From: Clostridia bacterium
GTDB taxonomy: Bacteria > Bacillota > Clostridia > RGIG6154
Reading direction: 5' to 3'
NCBI GenBank assembly: GCA_045536355.1
Contig: JAZSNJ010000049.1
Span: 1-34,360 of the forward strand
DNA length: 34,360 bases
Part shown: positions 24,520-33,907 of the stretch, one piece after another
How positions within the stretch are numbered: the first letter of the stretch is position 1
Layout: the number at the start of each line of letters is the position of its first letter
Program-made: the position numbers and the translations under genes
Notes under the pieces: generated by a model
Database searches by the model: none
Seen by the model: the letters and a program-made list of their open reading frames with translations, nothing else
Told to the model about the DNA's origin: nothing

Positions 24520-26724
24520 ATGAAAACAGGTAGAACCTCAAAAAAAAGAATCAGAATTTATATTATTTTCCTGATGGTTGTTGCGCTAATACTAGCTCTT
24601 CGTATAGGTTATTGGCAATTCGTAAAAGGAGACTTTTTGCAAAAACAGGCAATTGACCAACAGACAAGAGATACTAAAATAATCTCAAAAAGAGGGACTA
24701 TTTACGACAGAAACATGAAACCATTGGCGGTTAGTGCTACAGCTGAAACGGTTACAGTAAGTCCAAGCGAAATTATGATTGATAAAAGTGAGAAAGAAAC
24801 TGCAAAATATTTGTCGGACATTTTGGAATTAGAATATGATGATGTTTATAAAAAAGTAACAACTAATCTTGCTTTTATGGAAATAAAAAAAAGAATTTCG
24901 TCTGAACAGGCAGAAAAAATTAAGGCCCTAAAAGCTGAGGATAAGTTAAAAGGTGTGTACTTAAGTGAGGATTCAAAAAGATATTATCCATATAACAACT
25001 TTGCATCACATGTAATAGGTTTTACAGGTAGTGATAATCAGGGACTTTCGGGAATTGAACTTCAGTACGATAAATATTTAAAAGGTGTTTCAGGAAGAAT
25101 AATAGCAGCTAAAAACGCTGCAGGAAGCGATATGCCTTATCAATATGAGGAATATTATAATTCTCAGGACGGATTAAATGTAGTTTTAACAATCGATGAA
25201 GTTATACAGCATTATGTAGAACAAGAACTTGAAAATGCTGTTGTAGACAATGATGTTAAAAACGGCACAGCAGCAATTGTAATGGATATTAAAACAGGTG
25301 AAATACTTGCTATGGCAACAAAACCTGATTTTAATTTAAACGAACCTATGGTTGTTACAAACCAGGCTGACCTTGAGATTATAAATCAGTATGAAGAGGG
25401 AAGTAAAGAATATAATATAGAAACTATTAATGCAAGAAACAAAATGTGGAGAAACAAAGCGGTTGTTGACTCTTACGAGCCTGGTTCGACTTTTAAAATT
25501 TTCACTTCTGCTATTGCTTTGGAGGAAAATCTTGTAAGTTATGCAGATAGGTTTACCTGCAGTGGTGCTAAACAAATTGCTGACCGTCATATTGAGTGTT
25601 CAAAAAGGTCAGGACACGGTGTCCAAACCTTTGCAGAAGCACTTCAGAACTCGTGCAATCCAGCTTTTATGGAGATAGGTTCAAGAATATCTACAGATAT
25701 ATTTTTTGATTATGTTAAAGGGTTTGGATTCAGAGATTTAACCGGAATTGATTTACCTGGTGAAGCAAATGGTATATTTTTTGATAAAAGTATTTTCGGA
25801 GTTGTTGAAAATGCAACATCGTCTTTCGGTCAGGGTTTTCAGATAACTCCTATACAACTTATAAGTGCAGTAAGTGCTGTTGCGAATGGCGGCAGATACA
25901 TGAAACCACACTTGGTGAGAGAATTAACAGATTCATCAGGGAATACAGTAAGCAAAATTGAACCACAGTTTGTAAGACAAATTGTGTCAGAGGAAACAAG
26001 CAAAACACTATGCACAATGCTTGAACAGGTAGTTGCCGTAGGCGGTGGAAAGAATGCATATGTTCAGGGATTCAGGGTTGCAGGTAAAACAGGAACAAGT
26101 GAAAAACAACCAAGAAGTGCAGGTAAAAAAATTGCATCAATGGTAGGTTTTGCACCTGCTGATGACCCTAAGATTGCTGTGTTGGTTATGCTTGACGAAC
26201 CTGAAGGAGGACAATATTTCGGTGGTGTTGTTGCAGCACCTGTATTAGGAAATATCATTGATAATGTTTTAAACTATATGTCGGTTGAGCAAAGACTTAC
26301 AGAAGAAGAAAAAGCTCAGGCAGATATAAATATTCCAATGCTTATAGACCTAACACCTCAGGAAGCACAGAAAAAGGCAATTGATGCAGGATTTTCAATT
26401 AATATTTACGGGAACGGTAAAAAAGTTATATCTCAGGTTCCTACAAGCAGTGCAAGACTTAAAAAAGGTTCAAATATTATAGCGTACACAACAGAGTCCG
26501 AGCCTGAAAAAGTTGTAGTACCCGATGTGCGCAATTTAACAGTTCTTCAGGCTAACTCAAGGATTACAGGCAGTGGACTTAATATGAAAATTGACGGTAT
26601 AGGAACAGGTAAACAGGATTACACAGCAGAAACTTTTGCAATTTCACAAGACCCTGAAGCAGGTTCGGTTGTGCAAAAGGGTTCAATAGTTTATGTACAT
26701 TTCAGACACGGTAATTTAGAATAA
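24520..26724 (+). CDS. Class B penicillin-binding protein (FtsI/PBP2B/SpoVD-type) with two C-terminal PASTA domains
   Basis: N-terminal TM anchor and dimerisation domain. Transpeptidase motifs STFK (EPGSTFKIF), SCN (LQNSCNP) and KTGT (AGKTGTSE). Two PASTA-like repeats (IPMLIDLTPQEAQKKAIDAGF... and VPDVRNLTVLQANSRITGSGL...). Confidence 0.92.
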   Translation: MKTGRTSKKRIRIYIIFLMVVALILALRIGYWQFVKGDFLQKQAIDQQTRDTKIISKRGTIYDRNMKPLAVSATAETVTVSPSEIMIDKSEKETAKYLSDILELEYDDVYKKVTTNLAFMEIKKRISSEQAEKIKALKAEDKLKGVYLSEDSKRYYPYNNFASHVIGFTGSDNQGLSGIELQYDKYLKGVSGRIIAAKNAAGSDMPYQYEEYYNSQDGLNVVLTIDEVIQHYVEQELENAVVDNDVKNGTAAIVMDIKTGEILAMATKPDFNLNEPMVVTNQADLEIINQYEEGSKEYNIETINARNKMWRNKAVVDSYEPGSTFKIFTSAIALEENLVSYADRFTCSGAKQIADRHIECSKRSGHGVQTFAEALQNSCNPAFMEIGSRISTDIFFDYVKGFGFRDLTGIDLPGEANGIFFDKSIFGVVENATSSFGQGFQITPIQLISAVSAVANGGRYMKPHLVRELTDSSGNTVSKIEPQFVRQIVSEETSKTLCTMLEQVVAVGGGKNAYVQGFRVAGKTGTSEKQPRSAGKKIASMVGFAPADDPKIAVLVMLDEPEGGQYFGGVVAAPVLGNIIDNVLNYMSVEQRLTEEEKAQADINIPMLIDLTPQEAQKKAIDAGFSINIYGNGKKVISQVPTSSARLKKGSNIIAYTTESEPEKVVVPDVRNLTVLQANSRITGSGLNMKIDGIGTGKQDYTAETFAISQDPEAGSVVQKGSIVYVHFRHGNLE

Positions 26725-26740
26725 ATCAAGAGGTGAAAAG

Positions 26741-28159
26741 ATGAAACTTAGTTCTCTTTTAGACGGAGTTTTATATAAAGGCAACGCAGATGTTGAAATA
26801 AAAGATATAGTTTGTGCATCTAATAAGGTTACAAAAGAGAGTGCGTTTGTGTGCATTGTAGGATATTCTGCAGACGGGCACAACTTTGCACTCCAGGCAG
26901 AAAAGAACGGTGCATCTGTAATTGTTGCACTTCATGATATTGAAGGAGTAAGTATCCCTGTTGTTGTAGTGGAAGATACAAGAAAAGTTTTAGGACTTAT
27001 TTGTTCAAGGTTTTTGGGTGAACCGTCGAAGAAATTTACACTTATCGGTGTAACAGGTACAAACGGCAAAACTACAACAACATACCTTATAAAATCAATT
27101 TTAGAGCATAAGGGACATAAAGTTGGTTTAATCGGCACAAATCAGAATATGATTGGCAGTGAGGTTATTGCAACCGACAGAACAACTCCTGATGGATTTG
27201 AACTTCAGAAACTCTTTAAGAAAATGGCAGATAACAACTGTGATACAGTAGTAATGGAAGTTTCATCACATGCCTTATATTTGGACAGAGTTTATGGAAG
27301 CGACTTTGATATAGGACTTTTCACTAATATTACACAGGATCATCTGGATTTCCATAAAACTATGGAAAACTACCTTGAAGCAAAAACCCTTTTATTCAAA
27401 ATGTGTAAAAAAGGTGTAGTTAACAAAGACGATGAAAATTCACAGTATGTGTTAGATAATGCAACATGTAAAATGGTTTCTTATTCAATAGACAATGAAT
27501 CTGATGCAAAAGCAACCAATGTTGTTATGGAGCAAAATGGAGTTAGCTTTGATGCTTTGGGACAGAATTTTACTTTAAATATTCCCGGCAGGTTTTCTGT
27601 ATATAACGCTATGGGTGCAATACTTGTATGTAAAGAACTGGGAATAGAACCCTTTGATATTGCTATAGGTCTAAAAAAAGCTCAGGGTGTTAGAGGAAGA
27701 GCACAGGTTGTTGATATGGGTACAGATTTTACGGTAATTATAGATTATGCTCATACACCTGATGGAATCGAAAACATATTAAAGACGGTTAACGGATTTA
27801 AAAAGGGAAGAAGTGTAATTTTGTTTGGTTGCGGTGGCGACAGAGATAATAAAAAAAGACCAATTATGGGTGAAATAGCAACTCGCTTAGCTGACTACAC
27901 AATAATAACATCAGATAACCCAAGAACTGAAAATCCAACAGCAATAATTAATGAAATAGTTGAAGGGATACATAAGGATAAACCTTATAAGATTATTGAA
28001 AACAGAAAAGATGCAATTGTTTATGCAATTAAAAATGCAAAAAAGAATGATGTTATTATATTAGCAGGTAAAGGCCACGAAACATACCAGACTATTGGAA
28101 CTGAAAACTTCCACTTTAACGAAGAAGAAATTCTACTGTCAATAAAAAAAGATTTGTAA
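26741..28159 (+). CDS. murE: UDP-N-acetylmuramoyl-L-alanyl-D-glutamate--2,6-diaminopimelate ligase MurE
   Basis: GVTGTNGKTTT P-loop. TSDNPRTENP contains the DNPR motif associated with meso-DAP specificity. Canonical dcw position. Confidence 0.93.
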   Translation: MKLSSLLDGVLYKGNADVEIKDIVCASNKVTKESAFVCIVGYSADGHNFALQAEKNGASVIVALHDIEGVSIPVVVVEDTRKVLGLICSRFLGEPSKKFTLIGVTGTNGKTTTTYLIKSILEHKGHKVGLIGTNQNMIGSEVIATDRTTPDGFELQKLFKKMADNNCDTVVMEVSSHALYLDRVYGSDFDIGLFTNITQDHLDFHKTMENYLEAKTLLFKMCKKGVVNKDDENSQYVLDNATCKMVSYSIDNESDAKATNVVMEQNGVSFDALGQNFTLNIPGRFSVYNAMGAILVCKELGIEPFDIAIGLKKAQGVRGRAQVVDMGTDFTVIIDYAHTPDGIENILKTVNGFKKGRSVILFGCGGDRDNKKRPIMGEIATRLADYTIITSDNPRTENPTAIINEIVEGIHKDKPYKIIENRKDAIVYAIKNAKKNDVIILAGKGHETYQTIGTENFHFNEEEILLSIKKDL

Positions 28160-28172
28160 AGAAGGTAATTTG

Positions 28173-29543
28173 ATGCTTGAAATGACAATTAAAGAAGTAA
28201 TAGAAGCAACAGGCGGAAAGCTTTTAAAAGGATCACTTAATGCTAAATTTAAAGATGTTGAAAGAGATTCAAGAGTTTCATGCACAGATAAACTCTTTGT
28301 AGCCTTAGTGGGAGAAAATTTTGACGGCAATGATTTTGCTGAAACCGCTGTAAAAAACGGAGCGTCAGGCATTTTAGTATCAAGAGAAATGGATGTTAAT
28401 ACCAATGTGATTTTGGTTGAAGATACAAAAACAGCATTAGGACAGATTGCTACATATTATAGAAATAGATTTACAATTCCCTTTGTTGGGATTACAGGTA
28501 GTGTTGGTAAAACCACAACTAAAGATATGATAGCCTGTGTGCTTTCTTATAAATTCAGTGTTTTAAGCACTTCGGGAAATTTCAATAACGAAATAGGATT
28601 ACCTTTAACACTTTTAAAATTAAATAATGAACACGAAATAGGGGTAACTGAAATGGGAATGTCTGGCTTTGGCGAAATTGACAGATTATCAAAAATGGTT
28701 CACCCCAAATGTGCTGTTTTTACAAACATTGGCTTATCCCATGTTGAAAAACTTGGTTCAAGAGAAAACATCTTAAAAGCCAAAGCAGAAATGCTTAATA
28801 ATTTAGAAGAAGATGGTTATGTAGTTTTAAGTGGTGATGATGATATGCTAATTACATTAAAAGAAAACTTGAAAAACTGCATTTATTATGGAATAGAAAA
28901 TAAAGAATGCGAAGTTTTTGCTGGAAATATTAAACAAACCGATAAAAATCAGACCTCGTTTTTAGTAAATTATAAAGGTGAAAAACTTGAAATGACAATA
29001 CCGGTGCTAGGCGAACATAATGTAAAAAATGCACTGGCTGCAATATGTGTTGCAAAATATTTTGGTCTTTCACTTATTGATGTTAAAAATGCACTTTTAA
29101 ATTTTGTTCCCGGTAACATGAGACAAAATATAATTGAACTTAATGGAATAACAGTTATAAACGATTGCTACAATGCCAGTCCTACATCAGTTCAGGCAGG
29201 ACTTAAGATTTTAAATCAGATTGACAGTAACGGAAGAAAAATTGCAATTTTAGGCGATATGCTTGAAATGGGTGATTTGTCAGATGAGGCACACAAAACT
29301 GTAGGCGAATATGTTGTGGAAAATAAAGTTGATTTTCTTATCACTATCGGTGAAAAAAGCAAAAAAATTGTTGAAGGTGCGTTCAAAAAAGGATTTAATC
29401 AAAATAACACGAGATGCTTTTTGACAAATAAAGAAGCTATAGACTTTATAGACGGTTTCTTACAAAAAAACGATATAGTTTTGGTTAAAGCGTCAAGAGG
29501 AATGAAACTTGAAGAGATTGTAGAACATATTATAGAGTTTTAA
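28173..29543 (+). CDS. murF: UDP-N-acetylmuramoyl-tripeptide--D-alanyl-D-alanine ligase MurF
   Basis: GITGSVGKTTTK P-loop, DCYNASP and LGDMLEMG motifs. ATG at 28173 is preferred over TTG at 28170 on spacing to GAAGG. Confidence 0.93.
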   Translation: MLEMTIKEVIEATGGKLLKGSLNAKFKDVERDSRVSCTDKLFVALVGENFDGNDFAETAVKNGASGILVSREMDVNTNVILVEDTKTALGQIATYYRNRFTIPFVGITGSVGKTTTKDMIACVLSYKFSVLSTSGNFNNEIGLPLTLLKLNNEHEIGVTEMGMSGFGEIDRLSKMVHPKCAVFTNIGLSHVEKLGSRENILKAKAEMLNNLEEDGYVVLSGDDDMLITLKENLKNCIYYGIENKECEVFAGNIKQTDKNQTSFLVNYKGEKLEMTIPVLGEHNVKNALAAICVAKYFGLSLIDVKNALLNFVPGNMRQNIIELNGITVINDCYNASPTSVQAGLKILNQIDSNGRKIAILGDMLEMGDLSDEAHKTVGEYVVENKVDFLITIGEKSKKIVEGAFKKGFNQNNTRCFLTNKEAIDFIDGFLQKNDIVLVKASRGMKLEEIVEHIIEF

Positions 29544-29566
29544 CAATAAGGCAAAGGAGTATAAAG

Positions 29567-30535
29567 ATGAAAGCAACTATTATAATAGCGTTTATAGTGT
29601 CTTTTATTATTAATCTTATAATAACACCTTTATTGATACCTGTTTTAAAAGCATTAAAAGCAGGGCAGACAATAAGGGAAATAGGTCCTAAATGGCACGA
29701 GAAAAAAGGTGGAACTCCGACTATGGGAGGAATAGGTTTTTTAGTAGTTGTAACACTTACATGCCTTATATTAGTTAAATCGGTACAGGTTAAATTAGCT
29801 CTTGTCTTTGCACTCTTGTATGGCATAATAGGTTTTATGGATGACTTTATTAAAGTAGTACTTAAACGAAATTTAGGATTAAACGAAAAACAAAAACTAT
29901 TACTTCAGATAATAGTAACAGTTTTATTCTTATTGATTTGCGTAAATAAAGGTTATATTGACACAACAATATGGATACCGTTTTTCAATATAACATTTGA
30001 TTTTGACTGGTTTTATATAATCTTTATTTCGGTATTTATGATTGGATTTACCAACGCAGTTAATTTAACTGACGGACTTGACGGTCTTGCAGCATCAGTT
30101 ACAAGCATAGTTTGTATATTCTTTGTGTTTGCATCTTATGTTTTAACAGATAATGCAGTGCATCTTGGAGATGTTGGCGTTTTCTCAGCTTCGCTTTTGG
30201 GAGCATTAATGGCATTTTTAGCATTTAATTTCCACCCTGCAAAACTGTTTATGGGTGATACAGGTTCTTTATATTTGGGCGGAGCAGTTGCGATATTTTC
30301 CATACTTTTAAAAATAGAACTTATTTTAGTATTAGTTGGCATTATTTATGTTGTTGAAGCGTTTTCTGTTATTATTCAGGTTTTGTGGTATAAAACAACA
30401 AAAAAGAGAGTGTTTTTAATGGCACCAATTCATCATCATTTTGAAATGAAAAAAGTAAAGGAAACTAAAATAGTATTTGCATTTTCATTAGTAACTTTAA
30501 TTGCATGTATTATAAGTTTTATTTCGTTAATCTAA
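29567..30535 (+). CDS. mraY: Phospho-N-acetylmuramoyl-pentapeptide transferase MraY
   Basis: PTMGGI, MDDFIKV, NAVNLTDGLDGLA, MGDTGSL, APIHHHFE. Confidence 0.95.
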   Translation: MKATIIIAFIVSFIINLIITPLLIPVLKALKAGQTIREIGPKWHEKKGGTPTMGGIGFLVVVTLTCLILVKSVQVKLALVFALLYGIIGFMDDFIKVVLKRNLGLNEKQKLLLQIIVTVLFLLICVNKGYIDTTIWIPFFNITFDFDWFYIIFISVFMIGFTNAVNLTDGLDGLAASVTSIVCIFFVFASYVLTDNAVHLGDVGVFSASLLGALMAFLAFNFHPAKLFMGDTGSLYLGGAVAIFSILLKIELILVLVGIIYVVEAFSVIIQVLWYKTTKKRVFLMAPIHHHFEMKKVKETKIVFAFSLVTLIACIISFISLI

Positions 30536-30556
30536 ATATCAGGGGGTAAATGAGCA

Positions 30557-31732
30557 TTGAAAAGGAAACGAAAAGCATCAGGCGGTCTTATGTTAACTTT
30601 TAAAGAAAACTTAACAGGAATTGATAAACCGTTACTGGTAATTATTTTTGTTTTGTTTTTCATAGGTTCGCTTACCTGCTTTAGTGCATCTGCACCTTAC
30701 GCATCTGTTACATTTGGTGATAGCTATAAATTCTTAAAAGACCAGCTGATGTGGGGACTTATTGGAATAGTATTTATGCTTGTTATCGCTATGTTCGACT
30801 ACAGAATAATAAAAAAATATTCAAAGCATTTATACATATTATCATTTATATTAATGCTTATAACTTTAGCGATGCCGGCAATTAACGGTGCAAAAAGATG
30901 GATATCACTACCCGGACTTTCCTTCCAGCCATCAGAGCTTGTGAAAATTGTTTTAATAGTTGTTATGGCGCAAATACTTGAAAAGAAAGACTGGAATAAT
31001 AAAATAAGACTAGATACAAGAAACAAACTAAAAGAGGGACTATTAAATTACTTGGTTTTTTTGATATATTTTTTGCCATTAGTTCCTTTTGCGGGCGTAG
31101 CAGCACTACAGCCTCATTTTAGTTGCTTGTTGATTTTAGGTGCTATAACAGTTGTTATTATATTTGCATCAGGTGCTGATATTAAATATTTTTTATTCAG
31201 TGCATTAATGATTGTGCCAGCACTTGTAGCTTATGCACTGTCGGCAGATTACAGAATTTCAAGACTTACTTCATTTTTAGACCCGTTTAAAGACAGACTC
31301 GGTTCAGGTTATCAGGCAGTTCAGTCGCTGTTAGCAATTGGCTCGGGTGGTCTTTTTGGATTAGGTGCAGGTCAAAGTAGACAAAAATATCTTTATATCC
31401 CTGAACCACAAAACGATTTTGTCTTTTCAATCCTTTGTGAAGAGATGGGATTTATCGGTGCAATTGCAGTAATACTTTTATTTATGTTTTTCATAATAAG
31501 AGGTCTTAAAATAGCTATGAATGCTGAAGATAAATATGGCCTTTTAATAGCCGTGGGTATAACTACATTAATTGGGGTTGAAGCATTAGGAAATATTGCT
31601 GTTGTAACAGCAACAATTCCTGCAACGGGAATACCACTTCCATTTTTCAGTGCCGGTGGTTCATCATTGGTGTTTTTGTTTATAGGACTTGGCATTTTGC
31701 TTAGCATTTCTAAAAACTGTAACAGAAAATAA
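30557..31732 (+). CDS. ftsW: SEDS-family peptidoglycan glycosyltransferase FtsW/SpoVE
   Basis: Ten-TM SEDS protein with FQPSELVKI, GYQAVQSLLAIGSGGLFGLG, PEPQNDFVFS and GIPLPFFSAGGSS. TTG start 9 nt after AGGGGG; an alternative ATG lies at 30590. Confidence 0.92.
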   Translation: MKRKRKASGGLMLTFKENLTGIDKPLLVIIFVLFFIGSLTCFSASAPYASVTFGDSYKFLKDQLMWGLIGIVFMLVIAMFDYRIIKKYSKHLYILSFILMLITLAMPAINGAKRWISLPGLSFQPSELVKIVLIVVMAQILEKKDWNNKIRLDTRNKLKEGLLNYLVFLIYFLPLVPFAGVAALQPHFSCLLILGAITVVIIFASGADIKYFLFSALMIVPALVAYALSADYRISRLTSFLDPFKDRLGSGYQAVQSLLAIGSGGLFGLGAGQSRQKYLYIPEPQNDFVFSILCEEMGFIGAIAVILLFMFFIIRGLKIAMNAEDKYGLLIAVGITTLIGVEALGNIAVVTATIPATGIPLPFFSAGGSSLVFLFIGLGILLSISKNCNRK

Positions 31733-31768
31733 TCTACTTTCATATATTTAAACTGTGGAGGTAGTTGC

Positions 31769-33019
31769 ATGGAGTATATCAAAATTACGGGAGGCAAAGC
31801 TTTACAGGGGGAACTCAATGTTCAGGGCTCAAAAAATGCTGCACTTCCGATTCTTGCGGCAACGCTTTTAAACAGTGGTGAAAGTATTATACATAATTGT
31901 CCTAAAATTGATGATGTTTTTTCAGCCCTTGAAATACTGAAACTATTTGGTTGCGATGTTGAGTTTATAAATGGTACTGTTACAGTGAATTCAAAAAATG
32001 CAGCATACACAGATATACCTGATGGTTTGGTTAAAAAAATGCGTTCATCGGTTATGTTTGCAGGAAGTATACTTTCAAGGTTTGGCAAATGTGCATTAAG
32101 TCAGCCGGGTGGATGCAAAATAGGTCAAAGACCTATTGATATGCATATAAATGCATTTAAAATACTGGGTGCAAAAATAGATGAGTCAGATGATAGATAT
32201 AACATTAAAATTAATAAAAAAATTGATGGTAATTTAAAATTACCTTTCCCAAGTGTTGGGGTAACAGAGAACATAATGCTTCTTTGTGCAGGAATTCCTT
32301 GCGATATCTTTGTTGACAATGTAGCAAGAGAACCTGAAATTGAAAACTTGGCCGAATATCTTAATAAGCTAGGAGCAAATATTTATGGTGCCGGAACCTC
32401 AAGTATGAGAATAATAGGGGGCATAACAAGGCAAAATGTTGAACACAAAATAATTCCTGACAGAATTGCACTTTCCACATACATCATGGGAGTGTGTGCG
32501 TGTGGCGGTAAATGTGTTTTACATAATTCAAACGCAATGCATATATCAAAAGTTTGTGAACTTGTACAAAATATGGGCGCTTCAATAAAGAAAGATAGCG
32601 ATAAAATCATAATTAAATCTGATTTGAGACCTAAATGCTTTGAGATTTCAGCTGATATATATCCCTGTTTTCCTACAGATGCACAGCCACTTGCTGCTGT
32701 GTGCGCATGTGTAGCAGACGGGACATCTGTAATAAGAGATAAAGTTTTCCCCGAAAGATTTAATTATTCAAAAGCGTTTTTAGAGTTTGGATCAGATATA
32801 ACAAAAGGGGATTATGGTATAAAAATTAAGGGGAGGAATAAACTTCACGGAGCAAAAGTCAACGCTGAAGAATTACGAGGCGGAGCATCACTTGTTCTTA
32901 TGGGGCTTTGTGCCGAAGGAGAGAGCCGTATAGGAAATACAGAATTTATAAAAAGAGGTTATTCTGATATAGTTAATGACTTTTATTTGCTTGGCGGAGA
33001 TATAAAAACAGTCAATTAA
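31769..33019 (+). CDS. murA: UDP-N-acetylglucosamine 1-carboxyvinyltransferase MurA
   Basis: ITGGKALQGELNVQGSKNAALPILAATLL. Active-site loop LSQPGGCKIGQRPID retains the catalytic (fosfomycin-target) Cys. GGAGG RBS. Confidence 0.93.
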   Translation: MEYIKITGGKALQGELNVQGSKNAALPILAATLLNSGESIIHNCPKIDDVFSALEILKLFGCDVEFINGTVTVNSKNAAYTDIPDGLVKKMRSSVMFAGSILSRFGKCALSQPGGCKIGQRPIDMHINAFKILGAKIDESDDRYNIKINKKIDGNLKLPFPSVGVTENIMLLCAGIPCDIFVDNVAREPEIENLAEYLNKLGANIYGAGTSSMRIIGGITRQNVEHKIIPDRIALSTYIMGVCACGGKCVLHNSNAMHISKVCELVQNMGASIKKDSDKIIIKSDLRPKCFEISADIYPCFPTDAQPLAAVCACVADGTSVIRDKVFPERFNYSKAFLEFGSDITKGDYGIKIKGRNKLHGAKVNAEELRGGASLVLMGLCAEGESRIGNTEFIKRGYSDIVNDFYLLGGDIKTVN

Positions 33020-33807
33020 TGAGAAAATATAAAGTAACAAGAAAAACGAAACCTACGGGAAATATAGTTGAGTTCGAATCCGCAGGAAAAAAGAAAAAGA
33101 AGAAGCGTAAGTTAAAAACCGCGGTGGTTGTATTAATAATCGCCGCAGTTATAACCTTTTTGCTTTCTCCTGTGTTTAATATAAAATATATAAATGTTAT
33201 AAACAATGAAAAAGTATCGCAAAATAATATTTTATCTTTAAGTAGTATAAAAATCGGCTCAAATATGTTTAAAGTTAACATTAAGGAAACTAAAGAGAGA
33301 ATTAAAACCATACCGTATATACAAGACGCAAATATATTCAGAAACTTAAAAGGTGAAATTACAATATCAGTTACTGAAAGACAACCTGCGTTTTATTTTA
33401 AAAAAGGGACAGGCTATTTACTCTCTGATAAAGAGGGAAGATATTTGGAAATGTTATCTAAAAAGCCATATGGTCTTGCAAGTATAACCGGAATTGATAT
33501 TGGATCTGGGAAATTAGGAGAATTTGTTTCTGAAAAATACAGCAATAATTTAACATCTCTAATCAATCTTTTAACAGAATTTAAGAATTTAGGGATTGAC
33601 AGCAGAGTTTCTGAAATTAATATTAAAAACCCGGACAACCTTACATTTATATTTGACGGAAACAAAAAAATTGTAATGGGTAAAAATTTCAGGACAGATT
33701 ATAAACTAATGATGCTTAAAGCAACAATAGAAGAAATAGCACCGTCAGAAAAAGGAACAATTGATTTGTCAAAAGAGGGTAAGGCGCTTTTCACGCCTTC
33801 AGAATAA
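33019..33807 (+). CDS. ftsQ: Cell division protein FtsQ/DivIB (POTRA domain)
   Basis: Lys-rich tail, a single TM (AVVVLIIAAVITFLL), then FNIKYINVINNEKVSQNNILSLSSIKIGSNMF (POTRA-like). The ATG overlaps the murA stop (TAATG). Sits in the canonical position before ftsZ. Confidence 0.8.
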   Translation: MRKYKVTRKTKPTGNIVEFESAGKKKKKKRKLKTAVVVLIIAAVITFLLSPVFNIKYINVINNEKVSQNNILSLSSIKIGSNMFKVNIKETKERIKTIPYIQDANIFRNLKGEITISVTERQPAFYFKKGTGYLLSDKEGRYLEMLSKKPYGLASITGIDIGSGKLGEFVSEKYSNNLTSLINLLTEFKNLGIDSRVSEINIKNPDNLTFIFDGNKKIVMGKNFRTDYKLMMLKATIEEIAPSEKGTIDLSKEGKALFTPSE

Positions 33808-33833
33808 AGTTGTAAATAAATTGCAAATTAATA

Positions 33834-33862
33834 TTTACAATTTGCAAAAAATGTAATATAAT
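33834..33862 (+). promoter_or_regulatory. Putative ftsZ-proximal promoter
   Basis: TTTACA (33834-33839), 17-bp spacer, TATAAT (33857-33862), 45 nt upstream of the ftsZ ATG. Confidence 0.5.
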
Positions 33863-33907
33863 AAGAAGTAATCTAAGAATAATAGATTATGTGAGGAGGA
33901 TTAGAAT

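Noticed and set aside
33084-33105. Purine run AGGAAAAAAGAAAAAGAAGAAG in ftsQ as a possible slippage or phase-variation tract
   Set aside because: It is not a true homopolymer (the longest A run is 6). It simply encodes the Lys-rich juxtamembrane tail (GKKKKKKRK) typical of FtsQ/DivIB.
31393-33311. Minus-strand ORFs 31393-31818 (141 aa), 31822-32088, 32125-32319, 32383-32610 and 33012-33311
   Set aside because: They are antisense to ftsW, murA and ftsQ, and their sequences look like hydrophobic or low-complexity mirror frames. There is no start context.
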